DNA of 64,000 nt from an uncultured Lachnospiraceae bacterium (GTDB lineage: Bacteria > Bacillota > Clostridia > Lachnospirales > Lachnospiraceae). This document shows positions 48,055 to 56,658 of the stretch, piece by piece. A program made the position numbers and the translations under genes. The stretch lies in NCBI GenBank assembly GCA_944380605.1, contig CALWIA010000006.1, positions 106,683 through 170,682 of the forward strand. The letters are read 5' to 3'. Within the stretch, counting starts at the first letter, position 1. Each line of letters starts with the position of its first letter. The notes under the pieces are model-generated. The model was not told the DNA's origin. It saw only the letters and a list, made by a program, of their open reading frames with translations, and made no database searches.

Positions 48055-48876
48055 TTATCGGATACTGTTCAGATCGTAATACAGCCGTACCTTCCCGCAG
48101 CGGATGCCAAGTCCCTTGTGAATGCCGTCATCGATCTCCTGAGGGCTTGCCTGGCCGGACAGGATGATTTCCGTCGCCGTCAGGTAGTCGGTGATAAAGG
48201 ACTTGTCCGCAATGGTCAGCGTGTCATGTCCCTGGCAGAGTCCGTCATATTCCCCTTCGCGGGCCCACAGCTTCTGAATGGATTCATGGTACTGCGCCAC
48301 CGTAGAGGTATGGGGCGGGAAATTCAGAAGCAGGCAGTCATTGACCGTATCTCCCGTAACCAGCAGACGCTCTTTATGATCCAGGAAGCATACCGATCCC
48401 ATGCTGTGTCCCGGCGTATGGATCACTTCCACTGCGCGGCCGCCCAGTTCAAATACCTCTCCGTCCTCCAGCGTCCCATATTCCGCCGGGCCGTAAGGAC
48501 GGATGATCTGCTTCCAGTCCTCGTCCGTAGCTTCCGGGTTGCGCACCGGTCCTCTCGTCTTCACGTAATTGTCGATAAACTCCTGCGCGTACGCTTCCGT
48601 AAATTCCTCGGCGAAAAACATATCTTCCGGATGGATCAGGCTTTTAACCCCCGGAAAGAGATGACAGCCGCCCAGGTGATCCGCGTGGCCATGGGTGAGG
48701 GCCAGAATCAGCGGCTTGTCCGTCAGGCTCTTCACCTGTTCCTCCAAAGGCCCCAGGCCGGATCCCGCGTCGATAAGCAGGGCTTTCTCGTCGCCTTCCA
48801 GCAGAAACATGTTGGCCAGCAGATAATCGCTGATCAGCCAGGTTCTGGGGGCGATTTCCACAATCTTCCGTTCCAT
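48055..48876 (-). CDS. Metallo-beta-lactamase-fold hydrolase
   Basis: THGHADH (HxHxDH), HTPGHS, TGD, GH; AGGAGG RBS. Confidence 0.88.
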   Translation of the reverse strand: MERKIVEIAPRTWLISDYLLANMFLLEGDEKALLIDAGSGLGPLEEQVKSLTDKPLILALTHGHADHLGGCHLFPGVKSLIHPEDMFFAEEFTEAYAQEFIDNYVKTRGPVRNPEATDEDWKQIIRPYGPAEYGTLEDGEVFELGGRAVEVIHTPGHSMGSVCFLDHKERLLVTGDTVNDCLLLNFPPHTSTVAQYHESIQKLWAREGEYDGLCQGHDTLTIADKSFITDYLTATEIILSGQASPQEIDDGIHKGLGIRCGKVRLYYDLNSIR

Positions 48877-49117
48877 TACCTCTCCTCCTTTCATTTTGTA
48901 CATAATACCATGTTTTGTCTGATTTTCTGGTCGATTATTTTACTTTTTGTGGTATAAATTTTTAAGATTTTGTCTTATCGGTTGTGAAAATGACGTTTTT
49001 AAATCTATTTAGTCGTATAGATTTATAATTTATATACAATTTTTTTGCCCTTTCCGGCCGGAACCAGACACGTTTCTTACGTTTTCCTGACTTTTTCCCA
49101 CACCTCCCCTTCCCTCA

Positions 49118-49145
49118 TTTACAGTTTATTTATTTATGGTATAAT
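49118..49145 (+). promoter_or_regulatory. Extended -10 sigma-A promoter upstream of the structured leader and deacetylase
   Basis: TTTACA-16 nt-TATAAT with a TG at 49137-49138. Confidence 0.6.
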
Positions 49146-49170
49146 GTTCACGAAAGCATTAAGCAGTGCG

Positions 49171-49410
49171 AAAAAAGCCGGATCTGAAAACGGCGATGTG
49201 CTCGCACATGAGCCGTTAAAGAGCCGGATTTTTTCATAGGGCGCAAGCCCGTGAGCGAACGAACGGAGTTCGTGAGCGCGCACTGCGCCTATGCGGCAAA
49301 GACGCCGAGTGCTTGCACGAGCATCTTTTTGTATCTGGCAGATGACATAGGGCGCAAGCCCGTGAGCGAGGAAACGCAGTTTCCGAGCACGCACGGCGCC
49401 TATGCGCCCC
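49171..49410. repeat. Tandem two-unit hairpin repeat (REP-like), period 111 nt
   Basis: CATAGGGCGCAAGCCCGTGAGCGA identical at 49235-49258 and 49346-49369; GCGCCTATGCG at 49285-49295 and 49396-49406; GTGC-YY-GCAC hairpins before each copy. Confidence 0.85.
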
Positions 49411-49477
49411 CTCCCCGCAGGGATTTCTGCCCGCACGGCGGACACCACTACATCAAATGAGCTAAGAGGTACTTTCC

Positions 49478-50974
49478 ATGAGTTACAACAGCCGTAAATC
49501 CGATTACCGCAGACGTATGATGCGCAGAAGACGGCGGGCCCTGGCGCGGCGCCTGCCCCTTCTGGCGCTGGCCATTCTGGGCGCCGCCGTCATCGGCTGC
49601 GGATTTTTTGTCATAAAACGCCAGCTTGCGGCCGGTTCGGCGCCGGCCGCCGGCACGGTCCTGGCAGATTCCGAAAACGGAACCGCGCCTTCCGGATCCG
49701 CGCCGGGATCTCCGTCTGCCCAGCCGGAAACCGGCACCAGCGCTCCCGATTCTTCTGAAGAGACCGGGACTCCCGCGGAAAGTAAAGGATCCGAAGAGGC
49801 CGACGCGCTGCTTGAGGAAGCGGCCCGAACTGCCGCCGGGTACGACTACGACGCCGCCATCGAGATGCTGTCCGCCTCTCCTTTCATGGAGACGGACCCC
49901 CGGTTCCGGGAAGCGGCTGACGAATACGAAGCCACCCGCGCCTCCCTGGTTCCCTATGACATCAACCAGGTCACCCACGTGTTTTTCCATTCCCTGGTCA
50001 TCGACGAAGCCAAAGCCTTTGACGGCGACGCCGACGAAAGCGGCTACAACCAGGTGATGACCACCCGGGACGAATTCTTAAAAATCCTGCAGTCCATGTA
50101 CGACAAGGGCTTTGTCCTGGTGCGGCTCCACGACCTGGCCTCGGAAACTGTAGACGAAGACGGGAACGTCCGCATGGAAGCCGGTACCATCCTGCTTCCG
50201 GAAGGCAAAAAAGCGTTTGTCATGTCCCAGGACGACGTCTGCTACTACGAATATATGGATGGGGATGGCTTTGCCAGCCGTATGGTCATCGGCGAAGACG
50301 GAAAGCCCACCTGTGAGATGAAGATGGACAATGGCACCGTCGCCACCGGCGCCTATGACCTGGTGCCCATTCTGGAAGAATTTATCCAGGAACATCCGGA
50401 CTTTTCCTACCGGGGCGCCCGGGCGGTGCTGGCCTTTACCGGCTACCAGGGAATCCTGGGCTACCGCACCGCCGCCTCCTACAGCGATTCTCCCACCTAT
50501 GAGCAGGACCGGGAAGCCGCGGCAGCCGTGGCGCAGTGTCTCCGGGACAACGGCTGGGAACTGGCTTCCCACAGCTGGGGCCACCGGGATCTGGGCGCCA
50601 TCGAATACAGCCACTTCAAAACCGACTGCGACAAATGGGAGTCCGAAGTGGAATCCCTCATCGGCCCAACAGACATCATTCTGTTCCCCTTCGGCGCCGA
50701 CGTAGGCGACTGGCACCCCTATTCCAGTGATAACGACCGGTTCAACTACCTGTACTCCCTGGGATTCCGCTATTTCTGCAACGTGGATTCCAGCCAGTAC
50801 TGGGTGCAGCTGGGCCGCACTTCCCTGCGTCAGGGACGCCGCAACCTGGACGGCTACCGCATGTGGCAGGACATCGCCGCCGGAGACAATTCCGAAAAAC
50901 GCAGGCTGGACGACCTGTTCCGGGCGGAAGACGTCTTTTCTCCCAACCGGCCCACACCGGTCACCTGGGACTAA
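49478..50974 (+). CDS. Membrane-anchored polysaccharide deacetylase-family protein
   Basis: Arg-rich N-terminus and TM; SQDD and SHSWGH (Asp-His-His triad); LFPFG. Confidence 0.75.
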   Translation: MSYNSRKSDYRRRMMRRRRRALARRLPLLALAILGAAVIGCGFFVIKRQLAAGSAPAAGTVLADSENGTAPSGSAPGSPSAQPETGTSAPDSSEETGTPAESKGSEEADALLEEAARTAAGYDYDAAIEMLSASPFMETDPRFREAADEYEATRASLVPYDINQVTHVFFHSLVIDEAKAFDGDADESGYNQVMTTRDEFLKILQSMYDKGFVLVRLHDLASETVDEDGNVRMEAGTILLPEGKKAFVMSQDDVCYYEYMDGDGFASRMVIGEDGKPTCEMKMDNGTVATGAYDLVPILEEFIQEHPDFSYRGARAVLAFTGYQGILGYRTAASYSDSPTYEQDREAAAAVAQCLRDNGWELASHSWGHRDLGAIEYSHFKTDCDKWESEVESLIGPTDIILFPFGADVGDWHPYSSDNDRFNYLYSLGFRYFCNVDSSQYWVQLGRTSLRQGRRNLDGYRMWQDIAAGDNSEKRRLDDLFRAEDVFSPNRPTPVTWD

Positions 50975-51032
50975 TCGGTCCGGCGTCTGCTGCCGCAGCC
51001 GCGGCGCCCGTTTTCCCCTTTTATCACAGCAC

Positions 51033-51284
51033 GGAGCTGCTGCAAAGCAGATGTAATAGTAGCATCTGCAGAGCATCGGCTCTGTTTTTATGTCTCATCC
51101 ATGACACTACGGCTGAAGCCGCGGCATAGCGGTCGTCAGCCGTACAATTTAAGGGGAACTGCGTCCAAAATCCCGCTCCGTCATCGATTGTGATGATTTT
51201 GCGGCGCTGCCTTTCCATTTTAGACATAAAAATAGAGCTGCGGCTCCAGCAGATGGATGATTCATCTGCTTTTGCAGCAGCTCC
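51033..51284. mobile_element. 252-bp MITE-like element with ~63-bp imperfect terminal inverted repeats
   Basis: 51033-51095 versus reverse complement of 51222-51284 share GGAGCTGCTGCAAA, a GCAGATG..CATCTGC hairpin, GCTCT and TTTTTATGTCT; no transposase and no TSD seen. Confidence 0.65.
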
Positions 51285-51300
51285 TTTTGTTTCAGCGGCA

Positions 51301-52671
51301 TCAGCCGAAGAACTTGCTCCAGTATCCTTCCAGGAACAGTCCGATGATTACCAGCGGAAGGATATAGGTTACATACACTCTGGCCCAGCGGGGGAAGGAA
51401 ATACCTTTTCCCTCATTGGCTTCTTTCATGAAATTGTCAAATCCCCATCCGTACCGGCTGGTGCAGAACAGCAGGTAGATCAGGCTTCCAATGGGCAGCA
51501 GGTTATTGCTGACGATAAAATCTTCCAGATCCTGCACCGTGGTGCCGGCGCCCAGCGGAGCGAAGCCGCTCCAGACGTTGAAGCCCAGCACGCAGGGAAT
51601 GGAAAGCACGATAATGGCTATGGTATTGATCACCACCGCCTTTTTTACGGAACAGCCAGTCATGTCCGTGGCAAAGGACACGATGTTCTGGAACACGGCG
51701 ATTACCGTGGACATAGCCGCAAAGAACATAAATACGAAGAACAGCGCACCCCAGATCCGTCCGCCGGCCATGTGGTTGAACACGTTGGGCAGCGTCACGA
51801 AAATCAGGGAAGGACCGGTGCCTGCCTCAATGCCGTAGGAAAAGCAGGCGGGAAAAATAATCAGACCCGAAGTAAAGGCCACAAAGGTGTCCAGGCAGAG
51901 GACACTTATGGCCTCTCCTGTCAGCTTCCGCTCTTTTCCAATATAGCTTCCAAAGATCGCCAGCGCCCCGATGCCGATGCTCAGGGTAAAGAACGACTGG
52001 CCCAGCGCCGCGAACACCGCTTCGCCGACGCCCGCCTCTTTCAGTTTGTTGAAATCCGGCTTTAAGTAGAATTCCAGGCCGGCGGCAGCCCCGTCCAGGG
52101 TAATGGAGTGCACCGCCAGAACCAGGAGCAGCAGAAACAGGCACAGCATCATATACTTGGTAATCCGTTCCACGCCGTTCTGCAGGCCGGCGCTGCAAAT
52201 GGCAAACCCGGCCACAATCACCAGCACCGTGGTAAACATCATCAGGCCCGGATTGGCCAGCACACCGTTAAAGGCGTCCGCCACGCCGGCGGCGTCCAGG
52301 CCGGCAAAATCGCCCATAACCATTTTGGCGAAGTAGATCAGCATCCAGCCGGTAACGGTAGTATAGAACATCATCAGCAGGTAGTTGCCGGCAAAGGCAA
52401 TGTACTTGTTGAGATGCCATTTGGTTCCTTTGGGTTCCAGCACCTCATAAGACTTGGCCGCGCTCTTCTGGCTGGCCCGGCCCACAGCAAACTCCATAAC
52501 TACAATGGGAAGTCCCAGCAGCAGCAAAAACGCCAGATAGATCAGCACAAACGCCGCCCCGCCGTATCTGCCTACAATGTAGGGAAATCTCCATACATTT
52601 CCCAGACCAATGGCGCATCCGGCAGAGATCAGAATAAATCCCAGCCTGGACGCAAATTTTTCCCTGTCCAT
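51301..52671 (-). CDS. Sodium-dependent transporter (SNF/NSS family)
   Basis: SAGCAIGLGNVWRFPY, GGAAF, QSFFTLSIG and GPSLIF. Confidence 0.92.
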   Translation of the reverse strand: MDREKFASRLGFILISAGCAIGLGNVWRFPYIVGRYGGAAFVLIYLAFLLLLGLPIVVMEFAVGRASQKSAAKSYEVLEPKGTKWHLNKYIAFAGNYLLMMFYTTVTGWMLIYFAKMVMGDFAGLDAAGVADAFNGVLANPGLMMFTTVLVIVAGFAICSAGLQNGVERITKYMMLCLFLLLLVLAVHSITLDGAAAGLEFYLKPDFNKLKEAGVGEAVFAALGQSFFTLSIGIGALAIFGSYIGKERKLTGEAISVLCLDTFVAFTSGLIIFPACFSYGIEAGTGPSLIFVTLPNVFNHMAGGRIWGALFFVFMFFAAMSTVIAVFQNIVSFATDMTGCSVKKAVVINTIAIIVLSIPCVLGFNVWSGFAPLGAGTTVQDLEDFIVSNNLLPIGSLIYLLFCTSRYGWGFDNFMKEANEGKGISFPRWARVYVTYILPLVIIGLFLEGYWSKFFG

Positions 52672-52811
52672 TCCTCTTTCTCCTTTTCGTAAACAGCATT
52701 TGTGCGGAACCGGAAATCCCTGGCGGGAATCCGGCGTCCGCACCGCTTTCCATTGTACTACAGATTTGCTGTTTCGAAAAGTCCGGACAGGCAACTTAAC
52801 GTATCAACGTC

Positions 52812-55208
52812 TTAAACCGCCTTCAGGCTGTCGGCGTACTGCCGGATGCTGCCAGCGTTGATAAACTTCTGGACCTGTCCGTCTTCCGACAGCACCAGCG
52901 ACGGCGCCTGACGGATGCCGAACTGCTCCGCCAGCTCCGGATGCTCTTCCGCGTCGATCAGCTGATAGTTCACGCCCTTTAAAAATTCCTTGGCCGCCCG
53001 GCAGTTGGGGCAGGTTTTGGTCACAAACAGGAAGGTGCCCGACGGCGCCGCTTCCGCCGGATTCTGTCTGGCTTCCTTCCGCTCCTGCAGCGTTTCCTTC
53101 ACCGCGGACGCGGCTTCCGGATGCCGCTTCATCATGGAACGGGCCGTATCATAGGTCACCCGGTTCTTGTACTCCTGGGCCTTGCCCTCGTTCCAGTTTT
53201 TCACCGGCCGGTAATAACCGGTAATGCGGCTGTACACCTCCGCCTCCTGTCCGCAGATGGGGCATACCGGATGTTCGCCGATGAGATATCCGTGCTCTCT
53301 GCAGATGGAATAGGTGGGCGACAGGGTGTAGTAGGGCAGGCGGTAGTTTTCCGCAATGGTGCGGACCAGGCCGGCAGCCGCCTTCCAGTCCGGCAGTTTT
53401 TCACCCAGAAACGCGTGGAACACCGTTCCCGACGTATACAGGGTCTGCAGCTCGTCCTGGATGTCCAGGGCGTCGAAAATATCCGCCGTATAATCCACCG
53501 GCAGGTGAGAACTGTTGGTGTAGTAGGGCGTATCTCCATCGCGGCCTGCGGTAATGATATCCGGATAGCGTTCCTTGTCGTGCTTGGCCAGCCGGTAGGT
53601 GGTGGACTCCGCCGGCGTGGCTTCCAGGTTGTACAGGTCGCCGTACATCTCCTGATAATCCGACAGCCGCTCCCGCATGTGGTTCAGCACGTCTTTCGTA
53701 AAGGCCTGGGCTTCGGGACTGGTCAGATCCTTCCGGATCCATTTGGCGTTCAGGGCGGCTTCGTTCATGCCGATGAGGCCAATGGTGGAAAAATGGTTCT
53801 CAAAGCTGCCCAGATACCGTTTGGTATAGGGATACAGGCCGTTGTCCAGCAGTTTGGTGATGACTTCCCGCTTGGTCTTTAAGGAACGGGCGGAAATGTC
53901 CATCATATGGTCCAGGCGTTTGTAGAAATCCGCCTCGTCCTTGGCCAGATAGGCGATCCGGGGCATGTTGATGGTCACCACGCCGACGGAGCCGGTGCTT
54001 TCGCCGGAACCGAAAAATCCTCCCGTCTTTCTGCGCAGTTCCCGCAGATCCAGACGCAGGCGGCAGCACATGCTGCGGACGTCGCTGGGCTCCATGTCGC
54101 TGTTGATGTAATTGGAGAAATACGGCGTGCCGTACTTGGCCGTCATTTCAAACAGCAGCCGGTTGTTTTCCGTCTCCGACCAGTCGAAATCCTTGGTAAT
54201 GGAATAGGTGGGGATGGGGTACTGGAATCCTCTTCCGTTGGCGTCTCCCTCGATCATGGTCTCGATAAACGCCTTGTTGATCATGTCCATCTCCGCCTTG
54301 CAGTCTCCGTAGGTAAAGTCCATCTCTTTTCCGCCTACGATGGCCGGCATGGCCGCCATATCCGCCGGCACCGTCCAGTCCAGGGTAATGTTGGAAAACG
54401 GCGCCTGGGTGCCCCAGCGGCTGGGGGTATTAACGCCGTAGATAAACGACTCGATGCACTTTTTCACCTCGTCATAGGACAGGTGATCCGCCTTGACAAA
54501 GGGCGCCAGGTAGGTGTCAAAAGAGGAAAACGCCTGGGCCCCCGCCCACTCGTTCTGCATAATGCCCAGGAAATTGACCATCTGGTTGCAAAGCACCGAC
54601 AAATGCTTGGCCGGAGACGAGGTGATCTTGCCGGGAATGCCGCCCAGCCCTTCCAAAAGCAGCTGCTTTAAGGACCATCCGGCGCAGTAGCCGGTGAGCA
54701 TGGACAGATCGTGCAGATGGATGTCCGCGTTCCGATGGGCGTCGGCGATCTCCTGATCATAGATCTCCGACAGCCAGTAGTTGGCCGTCACCGCGCCGGA
54801 ATTGCTCAGAATCAGTCCGCCCACGGAATAGGTCACCGTGGAGTTTTCCTTGACCCGCCAGTCCTCTACCTTGACGTAGCTGTTGACCACGTCTTTGTAG
54901 TCCAGAATGGTGTTTTTCATATTGCGGATCTTCTCCCGCTGCTTCCGGTACAGGATATAGGCCTTGGCCACCTCCGTATAGCCCGCCTGCTCCAACACGT
55001 GCTCCACGCTGTCCTGGATCTCCTCTACCGTCACCTGTCCGTCCTTTAACTTGGTCTGGAAATCCGCCGTCACCCGCAGCGCCAGAAGCTCCAGAATCTC
55101 CGGGCTGTACTCCTTTCCCGTGGCTTTGAAGGCTTTCTTAATGGCCTCCTGTATCTTATTCAGGCTGAAATCCGCGATTTCGCCGTCCCGCTTGACTACA
55201 TGAATCAT
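52812..55208 (-). CDS. nrdD: Class III ribonucleoside-triphosphate reductase: ATP cone, NrdD core and C-terminal glutaredoxin-like domain
   Basis: VVKRDG ATP cone; SMCCRL; CREHG/CPICG Zn site; YSRITGYYRP glycyl-radical loop; TKTCPNC domain at the C-terminus. Confidence 0.93.
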   Translation of the reverse strand: MIHVVKRDGEIADFSLNKIQEAIKKAFKATGKEYSPEILELLALRVTADFQTKLKDGQVTVEEIQDSVEHVLEQAGYTEVAKAYILYRKQREKIRNMKNTILDYKDVVNSYVKVEDWRVKENSTVTYSVGGLILSNSGAVTANYWLSEIYDQEIADAHRNADIHLHDLSMLTGYCAGWSLKQLLLEGLGGIPGKITSSPAKHLSVLCNQMVNFLGIMQNEWAGAQAFSSFDTYLAPFVKADHLSYDEVKKCIESFIYGVNTPSRWGTQAPFSNITLDWTVPADMAAMPAIVGGKEMDFTYGDCKAEMDMINKAFIETMIEGDANGRGFQYPIPTYSITKDFDWSETENNRLLFEMTAKYGTPYFSNYINSDMEPSDVRSMCCRLRLDLRELRRKTGGFFGSGESTGSVGVVTINMPRIAYLAKDEADFYKRLDHMMDISARSLKTKREVITKLLDNGLYPYTKRYLGSFENHFSTIGLIGMNEAALNAKWIRKDLTSPEAQAFTKDVLNHMRERLSDYQEMYGDLYNLEATPAESTTYRLAKHDKERYPDIITAGRDGDTPYYTNSSHLPVDYTADIFDALDIQDELQTLYTSGTVFHAFLGEKLPDWKAAAGLVRTIAENYRLPYYTLSPTYSICREHGYLIGEHPVCPICGQEAEVYSRITGYYRPVKNWNEGKAQEYKNRVTYDTARSMMKRHPEAASAVKETLQERKEARQNPAEAAPSGTFLFVTKTCPNCRAAKEFLKGVNYQLIDAEEHPELAEQFGIRQAPSLVLSEDGQVQKFINAGSIRQYADSLKAV

Positions 55209-55316
55209 GCTGTCTGTCCCCTTTCCTCTGACCTCCGTCTGTATTCTTTCGTTTTTTTCCGTGCCGGAACCCATTTCCGGCGCTATGGGTCTTATTATAA
55301 CAGAGGCAAAAGAAAA

Positions 55317-55362
55317 ACACAACATCTTGTTTTGACTTTCGTCAGAAACATAGATGTTGTGT
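55317..55362. promoter_or_regulatory. Tandem NrdR boxes
   Basis: ACACAACATCTTGTTT (55317-55332) and AACATAGATGTTGTGT (55347-55362), 30 nt apart, resembling acaCwAtATaTwGtgt, upstream of nrdD. Confidence 0.75.
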
Positions 55363-55399
55363 TTTCATAACAGCCGTATTTCTTTAAAAATCAGGCAGA

Positions 55400-56446
55400 T
55401 CAGTCAAAGACTACCGCCACCTTGCCGCAGTGGCCTCCGGCCATAAGGGCATAGGCTTCTCCGGCCTTTTCCAGCGGGAACTCGTCGGTAATCAGATCTT
55501 CCGGATGGATGTTCCAGCGGACCAGACGCTCCACCAGGTCTTCCATGCGCCACAGTGACGTTACCCAGGAACCGTAAATGGTCTTCTGACCGTGGATGAT
55601 GTCCGGGCTGGGTTCGAAGGTGCAGGTGCCGCCCTCTCCTACGAAAGCGATCTTGCCCCACTCCCTGGTAGCCTGAATCGCCAGTCTTCTGCCGGCATCG
55701 TTGGCGCTGGCGTCAATGGCCTTTTCCACACCGTGGCCGCCGGTCAGCTCCCGGATCTTCTCCAGCGCTTCGTCGGGGGAGAACACATAGTCCGCCAGCC
55801 CCTTTTCCAGAGCCAGGTTTCTGCGGTACTCGCTGACTTCCACGCCGAACAGCTTGTTAGCACCCAGCGCCTTGGCCAGCATCAGAGCTGCCAGACCTAC
55901 CGGGCCCAGTCCCGTTACCAGCACCGCGTCGTTTCCGCTGATGCCGATCTTTTCAATGGCCTCATATACGGTACCGAAGCCGCAGGCCACCTGCGCGCCG
56001 TCTTTGTAAGTCAGCTCGTCCGGCAGAGCGATCAGGTCCTTTTCATCCGCCAGGATGTAGGGGGCCATGCCGCCGTTGCGCTGCCAGCCGTAGGCCTGCC
56101 GGTGCTCGCTCTTGCAGGAAATGTAGTAGCCCATGCGGCAGTCGTGGCATACGCCGCAGCCGGAGATATGATATACGATGACCCGGTCGCCCTTTTTAAA
56201 GCGCTTCAGGCCTTCGCCCTCTTCCACGATCACGCCGCAGGGCTCGTGGCCGGCGATGGTTCCGGGGATGTAGGCTTCCGGTCCTTTTCCTACGTGTTCC
56301 CGGTAAATGCAGCGGATATCGCTGCCGCAGATGGTGGTGGCCTTGGTCTGGATCAGCACCTGGCCGTGTCCCGGTTTGGGAATCTCAAATTTTTTCAGTT
56401 CGACGGTACTGTTGCCCGGCAGCACCGCACCCAGCATTTCTGCCAT
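55400..56446 (-). CDS. Zn-dependent (MDR) dehydrogenase, YphC-like
   Basis: LPGNSTV, ICGSD, GHEPCG, CGVCHDC, YGWQRNGG and GLGPVG; closely resembles E. coli YphC as I recall it. Confidence 0.85.
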   Translation of the reverse strand: MAEMLGAVLPGNSTVELKKFEIPKPGHGQVLIQTKATTICGSDIRCIYREHVGKGPEAYIPGTIAGHEPCGVIVEEGEGLKRFKKGDRVIVYHISGCGVCHDCRMGYYISCKSEHRQAYGWQRNGGMAPYILADEKDLIALPDELTYKDGAQVACGFGTVYEAIEKIGISGNDAVLVTGLGPVGLAALMLAKALGANKLFGVEVSEYRRNLALEKGLADYVFSPDEALEKIRELTGGHGVEKAIDASANDAGRRLAIQATREWGKIAFVGEGGTCTFEPSPDIIHGQKTIYGSWVTSLWRMEDLVERLVRWNIHPEDLITDEFPLEKAGEAYALMAGGHCGKVAVVFD

Positions 56447-56658
56447 GTTCATACGCTCCTTCCTTTTTGGGAAACTCATGTATCTGATGATTCCATTATA
56501 CCTGCCGCTTCTCTTTTTTTCTACAGCGGCAGCCGACTCCCCGCCGTTTTCCATGTCGCATCAGCGCAGGTTTCTTGACACCGGGACGGGGCCATGCTAC
56601 ACTGAACATCAATACCGGCGGCCATGCAAAAGCCGCCGTCAAAAGGAGATCTGCCGTC

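Noticed and set aside
49235-49406. CRISPR array interpretation of the 24-nt repeats
   Set aside because: Only two copies, the sequence between them is itself repeated and structured, and no cas genes are present
49045-49460. Short ORFs across the structured leader (49045-49239, 49134-49448, 49251-49460)
   Set aside because: Their internal peptide repeats just mirror the DNA repeat; no RBS or protein-like features
51024-51227. 67-aa ORF with a DDGAGF (histidine-kinase G1-like) string
   Set aside because: No RBS, no other GHKL motifs, and it lies within the inverted-repeat element
53040-53140. Internal start for the glutaredoxin-like domain of nrdD
   Set aside because: Purine-rich stretches exist, but no in-frame ATG/GTG/TTG lies at a suitable spacing
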